Below, piece after piece: positions 28,491-37,559 of a DNA stretch of 64,000 nucleotides. A model generated the notes under the pieces. That model was not told the origin of the DNA and ran no database searches. It was given only the letters and a program-made list of their open reading frames with translations. A program made the translations under genes and the position numbers. Each line of letters starts with the position of its first letter. Position 1 is the stretch's first letter. Origin of the DNA: an uncultured Pseudomonadales bacterium (GTDB lineage Bacteria; Patescibacteriota; Microgenomatia; UBA1400; PJMF01); the NCBI GenBank assembly GCA_964393205.1, contig CAYMSV010000001.1, positions 5,841-69,840 on the forward strand, in the 5' to 3' direction.

Positions 28491-29450
28491 ATGCAAAAAA
28501 GTTTAGCTTTGTATTTGCCCGTTATGCATGAGGGTTATCGCTTGTTTTTAGAAAAAAACAAAGACGCTAGTTTATTGTTTTTATTTGATCGGCAATTTTT
28601 GTCTCAGTGGCCAGCTTTTGAGTATATAAAAAAAGATATTAGGGCTCTAAATAGCCAACTAGTAAAGCAGATGTTGGAGAAAATTTATTCTAATATTGAA
28701 ATTAAAGTGATAAGAAATCAAGAGGATTGGCAAGTTTTTCTAGATAGGGTTGCAAGTGAAAAAAGAGAATGGGTATTGAGCAATGATGATTTGGGAAGAT
28801 ATTTAGCTGAAGAATTTTTAAAAGGGCAGAAGATTTCTTTTGATTCATTCTTTTTACGTTGGGATCGGCCAGCAGTTGAGCAGGCAACACAGTCTAAAAC
28901 AACTTTAGAAAAAGAAAATAAAGTCGCGCTTGACCAAATGATTAGCGCTGATCACTTTGAAAAAGAAATAATGAAAAAGGCTTTTGTGCAAGCTAATTAT
29001 AGTAATGATTGGTGGAGGCAGGTGGGAGTGGTTTTTCTTAAAGATGGCCAAGTATTGATGAGTGCATACAATCAGCATTTACCCAGCCAACAAGAACAAT
29101 ATTTTAGTGGTGATCCACGCACTTTATTTTCCTCTGGAGAAGCCATTGAATTAACAAGTTCTATTCATGCTGAGGCGCTCGCTATCGCTCGCGCTGCTAG
29201 CCAAGGCATTGCCTTAGCTGGAGCAGATTTATTTGTGACCACTTTTCCTTGTCCGATTTGTGCTAAACAAGTAGCTGCGGCTGGTATTAAGAGGCTTTAT
29301 TACAGTCATGGTTACTCGCTGTTAGATGGCGAGCAGGTTTTGACTAGCGCCGGCATAGAAATTATTAAAGTAGAGTTTTCCAAAAAAGAAGAGCAAGAAC
29401 TTGCAGATCAAAAAAATCAGTCTAGCAATTTGAAAAAGCGCTATTCTTGA
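28491..29450 (+). CDS. dCMP/cytidine deaminase-domain protein with an unassigned ~170-aa N-terminal domain
   Basis: Zn-binding HAE (SSIHAEALAI) and PCPIC motifs in C-terminal half; start is 1 nt after the preceding stop. Confidence 0.6.
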   Translation: MQKSLALYLPVMHEGYRLFLEKNKDASLLFLFDRQFLSQWPAFEYIKKDIRALNSQLVKQMLEKIYSNIEIKVIRNQEDWQVFLDRVASEKREWVLSNDDLGRYLAEEFLKGQKISFDSFFLRWDRPAVEQATQSKTTLEKENKVALDQMISADHFEKEIMKKAFVQANYSNDWWRQVGVVFLKDGQVLMSAYNQHLPSQQEQYFSGDPRTLFSSGEAIELTSSIHAEALAIARAASQGIALAGADLFVTTFPCPICAKQVAAAGIKRLYYSHGYSLLDGEQVLTSAGIEIIKVEFSKKEEQELADQKNQSSNLKKRYS

Positions 29451-29485
29451 AGCTATTGATCTAGTGTGATAGATTATACCAATCT

Positions 29486-30424
29486 ATGACGTCCTTGTCC
29501 GAAAAACTTTCATTGGCTAGTTTAGAATTACTAACTCATCCGAAAAAAATAAATAGAGGAATAGAGGCCAGTCAGCGACATTCAGACAAAGAAGAAGATG
29601 CCTGTGATTTACTCTGGCCGAATATTAGTTTAGATCGACAAGTTTTTAAGTCTGTATTAGCTTTGTTAAGTATTGCCAATTGCTTTGAAGACGATAGATT
29701 TAAAAAAGATATTTTACCCACTATAAAGCGTTTGTTAAACAACACTCAACTTTTTAGATTCCTAGCTGATCCAGAAATTATTTTAACCAAAGCTCATCAA
29801 AAAAATGGGCTCAATTCAGCTGAGCATATTTTTAAAGTTTTAGATGAATTACCGACCAAATATTTAGATGATAAACATAAATTAATATTAAGAGTTTTTG
29901 CTCTACATCATGATTTGGGCAAAGCTATCTCGGCTGGTTTGAATAGGGAAGAGCTTGAGCAAGCTTTTTCTCATCAGGCCTACGAAGATACTAGAGATGA
30001 ACAAGGAGTTTTAAAAAATTCTTTTCCTGATCACCAACTCACTTCCGCTTTACTTTTTTTAAGTCTTTATGAAGGGAGAGCTAATCAACTTAAAAGTGAA
30101 CATTTGGGAGAGAAAGAAATAGAATTAATTACTTATTTAATAGCCAATCACCATATTTTTTATAATTTTACTCTTGATTCAGGTTGTGAACAGTTCAAAG
30201 ATTGGCGAGAATTTTTACCAGGAAATAGGCAACAGCAAGAATTACTTTTAGCTTATTTGTTTATTTTCAATTATGCAGATACCAATGCGACTCCCGCTCA
30301 CCACAAATGGTTAAAACCTAATTCTGTATGGATGGAAAGTATCTTAGGTGAACTGGGAACTTTGCCACAGAACTTATGCAAGCAAATTTGTCATATAATA
30401 TTAGGAGAAACAAAAGAAGTTTAG
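29486..30424 (+). CDS. HD-domain phosphohydrolase-like protein
   Basis: RVFALHHDLGKA H...HD motif, second IANHH motif. Confidence 0.45.
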   Translation: MTSLSEKLSLASLELLTHPKKINRGIEASQRHSDKEEDACDLLWPNISLDRQVFKSVLALLSIANCFEDDRFKKDILPTIKRLLNNTQLFRFLADPEIILTKAHQKNGLNSAEHIFKVLDELPTKYLDDKHKLILRVFALHHDLGKAISAGLNREELEQAFSHQAYEDTRDEQGVLKNSFPDHQLTSALLFLSLYEGRANQLKSEHLGEKEIELITYLIANHHIFYNFTLDSGCEQFKDWREFLPGNRQQQELLLAYLFIFNYADTNATPAHHKWLKPNSVWMESILGELGTLPQNLCKQICHIILGETKEV

Positions 30425-30427
30425 TTA

Positions 30428-31288
30428 ATGACAGAAGCTAAAAAAATACCTATTTCTAGAGGAGTTTTGACAGATGTTGATTGCACTTTATTAGATAGTC
30501 AGAGACAGCTATCGATAGAAAATAGAGATGCAATTATAGATTATTTAATTGAAAGTCAGCGTAACTCTTCTTTACCAAAATTAGCTCTTTGTACCGCTCG
30601 TCACCCAGCTGCTTTAATTAAAACGGTTTTACCAATATTTGCCAAATTCGCTCCTGAATCTTTGCATGTGGTTTGCGATGGAGCCATGATTATTAATGCT
30701 AAAGCAGAAGTGCTTTGGCAAGAAGTGATCAATCCCTTGATTACCAAAAAAATTTGTCAAGATGTTGAAAAATTGAATGGTAGTTTTGCTTTTGGTAATG
30801 GACGGGTTTTTTATTGTGGCAAGTCTTTTCTTGAAGGAAGACGACAGAGTAGTGAGCCTATTGATTATTTGCCCTATACAGACATCAAAGATGATAATAA
30901 TTGGACAACCGGTTTGATTGTGATTAATCATTTAAATGAGTCGGTGGAAGCCTACATTCAAGGTTTAGAAGAAAAAAATAAATTTCATTTAGATAAATCT
31001 TTGAGTACTTTTGATCAACAACCTTATTACAATCTTACTTTACCCGGTGTTTCAAAAGTTAAGGGTTTGAAAAAATGGGCAGAATATTATGACCTAGATG
31101 CAAAAGAGATTATGATGGTTGGTGATGGAGACAATGATATTTCAGCCATGAAAAAAAGTATTGGAGTAGCTGTAGCTAATGCTAAGCCCGAGGTTAAAGA
31201 AGTGGCCAAATTGATTCTAGAACATAGTAATGATGAAGGAGCCATAGCCTGGCTTTTACAGGGAATACTCAAGGAGAGTGTTGCTTAA
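30428..31288 (+). CDS. Cof-type HAD-IIB sugar-phosphatase-like hydrolase
   Basis: N-terminal DxD (LTDVDCTLLDS) and C-terminal MMVGDGDNDISAM motif. Confidence 0.75.
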   Translation: MTEAKKIPISRGVLTDVDCTLLDSQRQLSIENRDAIIDYLIESQRNSSLPKLALCTARHPAALIKTVLPIFAKFAPESLHVVCDGAMIINAKAEVLWQEVINPLITKKICQDVEKLNGSFAFGNGRVFYCGKSFLEGRRQSSEPIDYLPYTDIKDDNNWTTGLIVINHLNESVEAYIQGLEEKNKFHLDKSLSTFDQQPYYNLTLPGVSKVKGLKKWAEYYDLDAKEIMMVGDGDNDISAMKKSIGVAVANAKPEVKEVAKLILEHSNDEGAIAWLLQGILKESVA

Positions 31289-31301
31289 TTTTATCGAATT
31301 G

Positions 31302-31772
31302 TTAATTTTTATCTCGATTCTTACCAATTTTAATTCTGACTGGAGCAAAATCAGGGTCTGTTAAGTCTGGTTCTATGAGCTGAACATGCAAATGATTGAC
31401 AGTGCCAGCACTATAATTTGTATCACCAAAGCGCATGGCAAATCCGCCCCCCTGTAATTTATATGATTCTTCGATTTCTGCTACTAGTTCAAATAATTCT
31501 TGACCAGCGGCTGGTGAGAGATCGCTGAGGTTGACGGCATGAACTTTATAGATTAATAAAAAATGATGCTTGGTGTGTGCATAGGGCCATTGATTTGTAG
31601 TCACTATCCAAAATTTGCCCTCTTTGAGAATTGGTTCTTGGTGATATTTACAAAGATTTTCTCGACAAAAAGGACAATGTTTAGCTTCAGCAATATCTTC
31701 CATAACTTGCTTCTGTTCATCTTCGCGTGCGTTATCGATATCGATAAACTGATTTTTTTGTTTTTTTGTCAT
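31302..31772 (-). CDS. HIT-superfamily protein of the GalT-like branch (HxHxQ) with N-terminal CPFC zinc knuckle
   Basis: NHLHVQLI has Gln in the third position as in GalT/Ap4A phosphorylase; CPFCRENLCKYH upstream; ATG 31772 overlaps thyA stop by 4 nt. Confidence 0.55.
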   Translation of the reverse strand: MTKKQKNQFIDIDNAREDEQKQVMEDIAEAKHCPFCRENLCKYHQEPILKEGKFWIVTTNQWPYAHTKHHFLLIYKVHAVNLSDLSPAAGQELFELVAEIEESYKLQGGGFAMRFGDTNYSAGTVNHLHVQLIEPDLTDPDFAPVRIKIGKNRDKN

Positions 31773-31774
31773 GT

Positions 31775-32647
31775 TTATACTGCCACCGGAATATTCCAAA
31801 TACCAGGATGAGGTTTATAGTTTTCTAAAGTGAAATCTTCTTTGCGAAAAGCAAATAAATCTTTAATTTTGGGATTAAGTTTCATTTCGGGTAAAGGTCG
31901 TACTTCTCGTTTAAGCATAGTTTTTACTGCTTCAATTTGGTCAACATAAATATGAGCATCAGAAAAACTATGAACGAATTCGTAAGCTTCAATATTTAAA
32001 ACCTGAGCGATCATCATCGTTAGAGCAGCATACTGAACCATGTTGGCAGGCACACCAATTGGCACATCGGCACTGCGCTGAAACATGTGCAGGGTTAATT
32101 TATTATCAATAATCCTCATATGAATCCAGCCATGACAGGGGCAAACCACCACTTTTTGGGTGCGATCTTTGATGCGCATAGTATATTGAGGTACCCAAGG
32201 GCTAATAAAATGAGTGCGCAGATGAGGTTTTTCACGCATTTGCTGCAAAATGCTAGCAAATTGATTATAAGTTTCACCCTCGGCAGTGGGAAAGTCATGA
32301 AAGGCAGCCCCATAAGATCCAGGACCAAGATCGCCAGTTTCAAGCCCTCGTTTTTTAGCTTTGGCTTCAGTACCCCAAGCTTTCCACCAATAACAACCAT
32401 AACTTTCTAGTTCCTCTATGGTTCGAGCACCATTAATAAAAGCAATAATTTCGCCAATGGCTTGTTGCCAAATTTTTTCACTTAATTTGCGTTCGGTAAT
32501 AGCAGGAAAACCCTTTGCTAACTGATAGTGCATCGGTTTAGGACCAATAATGGTCAGAGCATCTACTCCTTGTGGAGTCTTTACTCTTTGTCCATGTTCA
32601 AGAATTTCAGCTAATAACTGTTGATATTGAGAGCGTTGTTTTTCCAT
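31775..32647 (-). CDS. thyA: thymidylate synthase (ThyA)
   Basis: Catalytic-Cys motif CPCHGWIHMRII(D) and ADVPIGVPANMVQYA typical of ThyA; 290 aa. Confidence 0.9.
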   Translation of the reverse strand: MEKQRSQYQQLLAEILEHGQRVKTPQGVDALTIIGPKPMHYQLAKGFPAITERKLSEKIWQQAIGEIIAFINGARTIEELESYGCYWWKAWGTEAKAKKRGLETGDLGPGSYGAAFHDFPTAEGETYNQFASILQQMREKPHLRTHFISPWVPQYTMRIKDRTQKVVVCPCHGWIHMRIIDNKLTLHMFQRSADVPIGVPANMVQYAALTMMIAQVLNIEAYEFVHSFSDAHIYVDQIEAVKTMLKREVRPLPEMKLNPKIKDLFAFRKEDFTLENYKPHPGIWNIPVAV

Positions 32648-32662
32648 AAGTTCTAATATATC

Positions 32663-32700
32663 ATAAAGCCGAAACGAAAGAATAAAGCCGAACTGAAAGA
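32663..32700. repeat. 19-bp tandem direct repeat ATAAAGCCGAAMYGAAAGA x2 in the thyA/cofE-like divergent intergenic region
   Basis: Two adjacent 19-mers, 17/19 identical, ending 6 nt before ATG 32707 and 16 nt from the thyA start. Confidence 0.6.
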
Positions 32701-32706
32701 ATTTTT

Positions 32707-33504
32707 ATGAAAGTAACTGCATTAAAAACTCCAATGATTGGTATCGGTGAAAAACTGAGACCAATTATTAATACTGCTATTAAAGAAAAGTTTAGCGATG
32801 GTTTGCCAGAGCGCTCAGTACTGGTCATTACTTCTAAAATTATTGCCTACGAACAAGGACGACTGATACCCACCTTAGCAGCAGAGACAGGGGCAGAAGT
32901 AACTAGGGAGGAAGAACGGGCTTTAAAACACCAACTAGTGCGCCAAGAAGCCGATTATTATCTTGAGCCTCATAGTTCAAAATATGATTTAATGCTAACT
33001 GTTACCAATGCGACTTTGATGATTAATGCAGGTATTGATGAATCTAACGCTAATGAACACTATGTACTTTGGCCAAAAAATTTATATGCTGAAGCAGAAA
33101 AAATTTGGCGAAATCTTAGGGAGGATTTTTCAGTTAAGGAAGTGGGTGTTATTATTCCTGATAGTCGCTCTGTCCCTTTGCGCTGGGGAGTAGTAGGTAT
33201 GTCACTAGCTAGTTGTGGCTTCCGACCACTCAACGATCATGTTGGTGACGAGGATTTGTTTGGTCGAGAAATTAAAATGGTACAGGTTAACGTAGCTGAA
33301 GCACTGGCTACAGCTGCTGTGTTCGAGATGGGTGAAGTGGCAGAACAAACTCCTTTGGCTTTAGTGACCGACAGCAAAATGATTAAATTTATGGATCGAC
33401 CACTTAACGAGCAAGAATTAGGGGAACTGGAAATTGCAATTGAAGATGATATGTATGGTCCATTATTAACCAGCGTTGATTGGCAAAAGGGAAAAAATGA
33501 CTGA
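32707..33504 (+). CDS. CofE-family (F420-0:gamma-glutamyl ligase-like) protein
   Basis: VLVITSKIIAYEQGR, NAGIDESN, GVIIPDSRSVPLRWGVVGMSLASCG, EDLFGREIKMV align with conserved CofE blocks (from memory). Confidence 0.7.
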   Translation: MKVTALKTPMIGIGEKLRPIINTAIKEKFSDGLPERSVLVITSKIIAYEQGRLIPTLAAETGAEVTREEERALKHQLVRQEADYYLEPHSSKYDLMLTVTNATLMINAGIDESNANEHYVLWPKNLYAEAEKIWRNLREDFSVKEVGVIIPDSRSVPLRWGVVGMSLASCGFRPLNDHVGDEDLFGREIKMVQVNVAEALATAAVFEMGEVAEQTPLALVTDSKMIKFMDRPLNEQELGELEIAIEDDMYGPLLTSVDWQKGKND

Positions 33505-34072
33505 AAAGAAAAAATCCAGAATTAAAGATACTTTAATTGTAGCCACTAGCAAAGATGGTTTTATTAGTCCGGCAGATGGTGTTGAGTTGCCTTCAACAAA
33601 GTGGACTAGTGAGGAAGATTATCAGTTTTTTACTGAAAAAACTAAAGAAATTGGTGTCTTAATTATGGGTCGAGCCACCTATGACACAATTGGTCGACCT
33701 TTACCTGGACGTTTGACTGTGGTGTTGACTCGTGATAGCGAGAAACAAGCTGAGTTGGCTCGAAAGAAATTTAAAATGGATTGGTTACCTAATAATTTAC
33801 GCTTTACTAATAAATCTCCGCAAGAAGTTTTACAGGCACTAGCAACTGAGGGTTATGAGCAGGTGGCCTTGTGTGGAGGGGCGAGTTTATATCAATTGTT
33901 TACCGAACAAGATTTAGTTGATGAAATGTTTATTACCATTGAGCCAATTGAATTTGGTGAAGGCATTAAATTGTTTGAAAATAACAAAATCTTTGGTAAT
34001 TTTCAGTTGATCAAGGAAATCCCACTCAATGAGCAGGGCACCATAGTGCAACATTGGATTCGCAAAAATTAG
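33497..34072 (+). CDS. dihydrofolate-reductase-family protein (RibD C-terminal-domain type)
   Basis: IVATSKDGFISPADG...IMGRATYDTIGRPLPGRLTVVLTRD is the RibD_C/DHFR-like pattern; ATG 33497 overlaps cofE-like stop by 8 nt; adjacent to thyA. Confidence 0.65.
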   Translation: MTEKKKSRIKDTLIVATSKDGFISPADGVELPSTKWTSEEDYQFFTEKTKEIGVLIMGRATYDTIGRPLPGRLTVVLTRDSEKQAELARKKFKMDWLPNNLRFTNKSPQEVLQALATEGYEQVALCGGASLYQLFTEQDLVDEMFITIEPIEFGEGIKLFENNKIFGNFQLIKEIPLNEQGTIVQHWIRKN

Positions 34073-34087
34073 TTTTTATTGAAACTG

Positions 34088-34264
34088 TTATTTAATTAAG
34101 TTTTCGATTTCTTGATCGCTCAATTCAGGATATGCTTCTTTAAGTTTTGTAAACTTTATTTCCTGAGAGTTGTATCTCAGCGCTTCTGCTAAGCGTTTCG
34201 CATCTTCAATCATTTGAGCTTTTTCAGTTAGGTGTTGTTGGCCTTCTGTTCTTAGTTCTGTCAT
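34088..34264 (-). CDS. possible small protein (58 aa), not in ORF track
   Basis: Hand-translated MTELRTEGQQHLTEKAQMIEDAKRLAEALRYNSQEIKFTKLKEAYPELSDQEIENLIK; 42 nt downstream of the MBL gene on the same strand; no RBS or homology. Confidence 0.3.
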   Translation of the reverse strand: MTELRTEGQQHLTEKAQMIEDAKRLAEALRYNSQEIKFTKLKEAYPELSDQEIENLIK

Positions 34265-34306
34265 ATGTTCTCATTATATGAAAATATTGTGCTTTTGCCA
34301 AATCTT

Positions 34307-34915
34307 TTAATAAAAACTTTCACCATGACCAGGTAAGACAAGCGAATATTTATTATTTTGTTTAAGTTTTTTGAGCTTAGCCAAGCTGTTTAGTAAATCT
34401 TGATGATTGCTATAACTAAAATCTGTACGACCCACGCCATTGGCAAAGAGAGTGTCTCCACTGAATAAATAAGTTTCTCCATTTTCTTGTTTTTTACTTA
34501 ATAAAGAAATACTGCCTGGGGTATGTCCAGGAGTATGGATAACTTGCAGAGTTTCTGATCCCAATTTGATTTCTTGTCCATCACTAAGTGCCTGATTGGC
34601 TTTGGGGACAGGATCGCTGCTGCGTCCTAGCCAATGTAAGGCACTATCATTAGCGCTATCTAGTAAAAAATTATCTTTTGGATGGAGCATAATTTTTAAT
34701 TTTGGCCAAGAAACAGCTAAACTCAATAAACCTAAACAGTGATCGAAATGACCATGGGTTAAGATTACTGCTTTTAACTGTAAATTATTTCGACTTAGCT
34801 CTTCATTTAAAAAATCACCCTCATCACTAGGATCAATAATGATTGCTTCTTGTTCATCATCGAGTAAGTAGCAATTAGTTTGCAAATCACCAAGTGTGAA
34901 AATACTTAAATTCAT
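34307..34915 (-). CDS. MBL-fold metallo-hydrolase (glyoxalase II-like)
   Basis: THGHFDHC HxHxDH motif and downstream His/Asp ligands. Confidence 0.8.
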   Translation of the reverse strand: MNLSIFTLGDLQTNCYLLDDEQEAIIIDPSDEGDFLNEELSRNNLQLKAVILTHGHFDHCLGLLSLAVSWPKLKIMLHPKDNFLLDSANDSALHWLGRSSDPVPKANQALSDGQEIKLGSETLQVIHTPGHTPGSISLLSKKQENGETYLFSGDTLFANGVGRTDFSYSNHQDLLNSLAKLKKLKQNNKYSLVLPGHGESFY

Positions 34916-34982
34916 TACTTTAGTCTAGCTTATTTGTCAAAAATTTGTTAGCATGATCGCTGAATTTAATGAGAGGAAATTA

Positions 34983-35414
34983 ATGAAAGTAAAGATTAAG
35001 CGCTTTGATAAAACTTTGCCGCTACCAGTTTATAAAACCAGTGGTGCCGCGGCGCTAGACTTAGCCAGCAGAGAAGAAATGAAAATTGAAGCCGGGCAAG
35101 TTGATTATTTACCTCTCAATATTGCACTACAAGTACCTAAGGACAGTTTTGTCTTAGTGGCGGCGCGCAGTTCATTGCACAAACGGGGTTTATTTTTAGT
35201 GAATGGCATTGGTATTGGTGATAGCGATTATTGTGGTGGTGAGGATGAATATCGAGCAGCTGTCTATAATTTTTCCAAAGAAACAGTTACAGTGAAAAAG
35301 GGTGAACGAGTAGCGCAAATGATGGTTCTGAGAAGGGAGAAAGTTGAGTGGGAAGAACTAGATGATTTTAGCGATCAGAAAAACCGTGGTGGTTTTGGAA
35401 CTACTGGTCAGTAA
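34983..35414 (+). CDS. dut: dUTP diphosphatase
   Basis: Trimeric dUTPase motifs GIGIGDSDYCGGE and RGGFGTTGQ; GAGAGGAAA RBS before ATG 34983. Confidence 0.85.
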   Translation: MKVKIKRFDKTLPLPVYKTSGAAALDLASREEMKIEAGQVDYLPLNIALQVPKDSFVLVAARSSLHKRGLFLVNGIGIGDSDYCGGEDEYRAAVYNFSKETVTVKKGERVAQMMVLRREKVEWEELDDFSDQKNRGGFGTTGQ

Positions 35415-35476
35415 AAAACAAAAAAAAGACTCTATAATTATTAAAGACACAAAAAGTCAAAACAGAAAGTAAGCTT

Positions 35477-36190
35477 ATGAAGCCTGCACAAAAAAAAGGA
35501 TTACTGATTACTTTGGAAGGTGGAGAGGGAGGTGGCAAAACCACTCAAATTGTGCGCTTAAAAAATCGTTTAGTTAAAGCTGGTAAAGATGTGGTAGTTT
35601 TGCGTGAACCAGGCGGTACGGCCATTAGTGAACAAATTCGTGAAGTAGTTTTATCCAGCAAAAATATTGGCATTGCTTTTACTACCGAAGTTTTATTATT
35701 TCAGGCGGCTCGCTCACAAATTTATCGAGAAATTGTTCTGCCTTCACTTAAAGCTGGAAAAATAGTGGTGATGGATCGATCCCGAGACAGCAGTGTGGTT
35801 TATCAGGGAATGGTTAGGGGTTTTGGTATAGAATTAATCGAGCAGTTAAATGACATTTCAACCAAAAAAACTTATCCAGATATTACTTTTTTACTTGATG
35901 TTCCAGTAAAAATTGGTCTTGAAAGAAGAAATGGCGCAGGCGATGTCAATCGTTTAGATATGGAAGCTAAGGATTTTCATCAAAAAGTTCGTCAATCCTA
36001 TTTAGAATTAGCAAAAAAAGATCAGAAAAAAAATGGCAAAAATGCTCGCTGGGTAGTGGTTGATGCTGAGCCAGAAATTGAGCAAGTTGAAAAGAAAATT
36101 TGGCAGACTGTCAAAGATTTTTTAGTGAAAAAAGAGCTTAGTCCTTGGCAAGATGAAGTCTCAGATCTTGATTTAGAATATTCAGAATAA
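35477..36190 (+). CDS. tmk: thymidylate kinase
   Basis: P-loop LITLEGGEGGGKTTQ, DRSRDSSVVYQG lid region. Confidence 0.9.
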   Translation: MKPAQKKGLLITLEGGEGGGKTTQIVRLKNRLVKAGKDVVVLREPGGTAISEQIREVVLSSKNIGIAFTTEVLLFQAARSQIYREIVLPSLKAGKIVVMDRSRDSSVVYQGMVRGFGIELIEQLNDISTKKTYPDITFLLDVPVKIGLERRNGAGDVNRLDMEAKDFHQKVRQSYLELAKKDQKKNGKNARWVVVDAEPEIEQVEKKIWQTVKDFLVKKELSPWQDEVSDLDLEYSE

Positions 36191-36193
36191 TTT

Positions 36194-36835
36194 ATGCAAA
36201 AATTACCGAAAGCACTGCGTCGCTTGATCGAAAAATTTGAAACCTTGCCTGGCATTGGTCCTAAATCAGCTCAACGCTTGGTTTTTTATTTATTACACAC
36301 TTCTGAAGCTCATTTAGAGGATTTTTCCGAAAAATTATTAGCCCTTAAACGAGAAACGGTAATGTGTAAGACCTGTCACAATGTGGCAGAGCAAGATCCT
36401 TGCAGTATTTGTCAGGACAAACAACGAGATCAAGAAGTATTGTGTGTGGTAGAGCAGCCACTCGATTTGTTAGCAATTGAGAGTTCAGGAAAATATTTAG
36501 GTAACTACCATGTTTTACATGGCTCAATTGCTCCTTTGAATAATATTGGTCCTGATCAGCTCTATTTACGCGATATTATTAAGCGGCTGAAAGATGAAGC
36601 CGGAGATTTGCAAGTTAAAGAATTAATTTTAGCTACCAATCCAACTATGGAAGGAGAGGCGACAGCCCTCTATATTGCTGAAATGCTTAGAAACGATGCT
36701 TTTTTTGCTGAAAAAATTAATGATGGCGAGCTAACAATAACACGCATTGGCCACGGTTTGCCGATCGGTGCAGATATTGAATATGCAGACGGGGTAACTT
36801 TAGCACGCGCTCTTGAGGGAAGAAGAAAATTATAA
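36194..36835 (+). CDS. recR: recombination protein RecR
   Basis: HhH LPGIGPKSAQRL, C4 zinc finger CKTCHNVAEQDPCSIC, Toprim domain. Confidence 0.9.
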   Translation: MQKLPKALRRLIEKFETLPGIGPKSAQRLVFYLLHTSEAHLEDFSEKLLALKRETVMCKTCHNVAEQDPCSICQDKQRDQEVLCVVEQPLDLLAIESSGKYLGNYHVLHGSIAPLNNIGPDQLYLRDIIKRLKDEAGDLQVKELILATNPTMEGEATALYIAEMLRNDAFFAEKINDGELTITRIGHGLPIGADIEYADGVTLARALEGRRKL

Positions 36836-36840
36836 ATTAA

Positions 36841-37371
36841 TTATTGGATAGGGCCATCTTTTAAAACTTGAAGCCAATCAGTAGCAACATAGCCAATAGA
36901 TCCATCACCTTCTGATTTCACCAAAATCCAATTGTAGCCATCTTTTTCTCCAGCTAATTCAACAACTTTAAAAACTGTTCCATCTGGAACATTTTTAACT
37001 AAATTTGAATTAATACCAGCTTCAGTTCTGATGTTTAAACCATCACCACCAGTTTCCACTACTTGCACCCTGGAGCCAGGGAGAATTCTTTGGTCAACAG
37101 CTGGTACTTCAAAAGATTCATGAGTCTTAGCAACACTCTGATCATTAACATTTTCTTCCATATTCAATGCTTGTACATTGAAGGCTCTAGAGCGCGGATC
37201 TTCTAAATCATTTTCTGATTTATTATTTTCTCCAAAAATTTGATGGCCAAGGAGTGCTAGGCCCACCACAGCAACGATAACAGCTGTTCTTTGGGGAAGT
37301 TTATTATTTTTATCTATAGAATCAGGATTAAATGGTTTTAAGGTTTCTGGTTTTTCCGTCATGATTATCAT
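36841..37371 (-). CDS. secreted protein with bacterial SH3-like domain
   Basis: N-terminal TM/signal; C-terminal VQVVETGGDGLNIRTEAGINSNLVKNVPDGTVFKVVELAGEKDGYNWILV resembles SH3b. Confidence 0.45.
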   Translation of the reverse strand: MIIMTEKPETLKPFNPDSIDKNNKLPQRTAVIVAVVGLALLGHQIFGENNKSENDLEDPRSRAFNVQALNMEENVNDQSVAKTHESFEVPAVDQRILPGSRVQVVETGGDGLNIRTEAGINSNLVKNVPDGTVFKVVELAGEKDGYNWILVKSEGDGSIGYVATDWLQVLKDGPIQ

Positions 37372-37559
37372 TATAGCAAAACTTGTTTCTTAATACTATT
37401 TTTGCTATATTGAAGTGTAGATGGATCAGTATCTAATATTGATTGACCGACTACTTTGTTATCAACAGAGTTGCCGGTTTTTTTTACCAAATTCAACTCA
37501 AAATAATTTAACAAGGTCGATATTATTAAGTTTGAAGCCATCAGGCTAGAAGGAGACTC

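Noticed and set aside
30629-32410. Nested ORFs 30629..30931-, 31087..31272-, 31563..31811+, 32116..32400-, 32120..32410+
   Set aside because: Inside Cof, HIT and thyA coding regions with strong homology-based calls.
36022-36527. ORFs 36022..36255- and 36345..36527- inside tmk/recR
   Set aside because: Antisense to well-supported genes.
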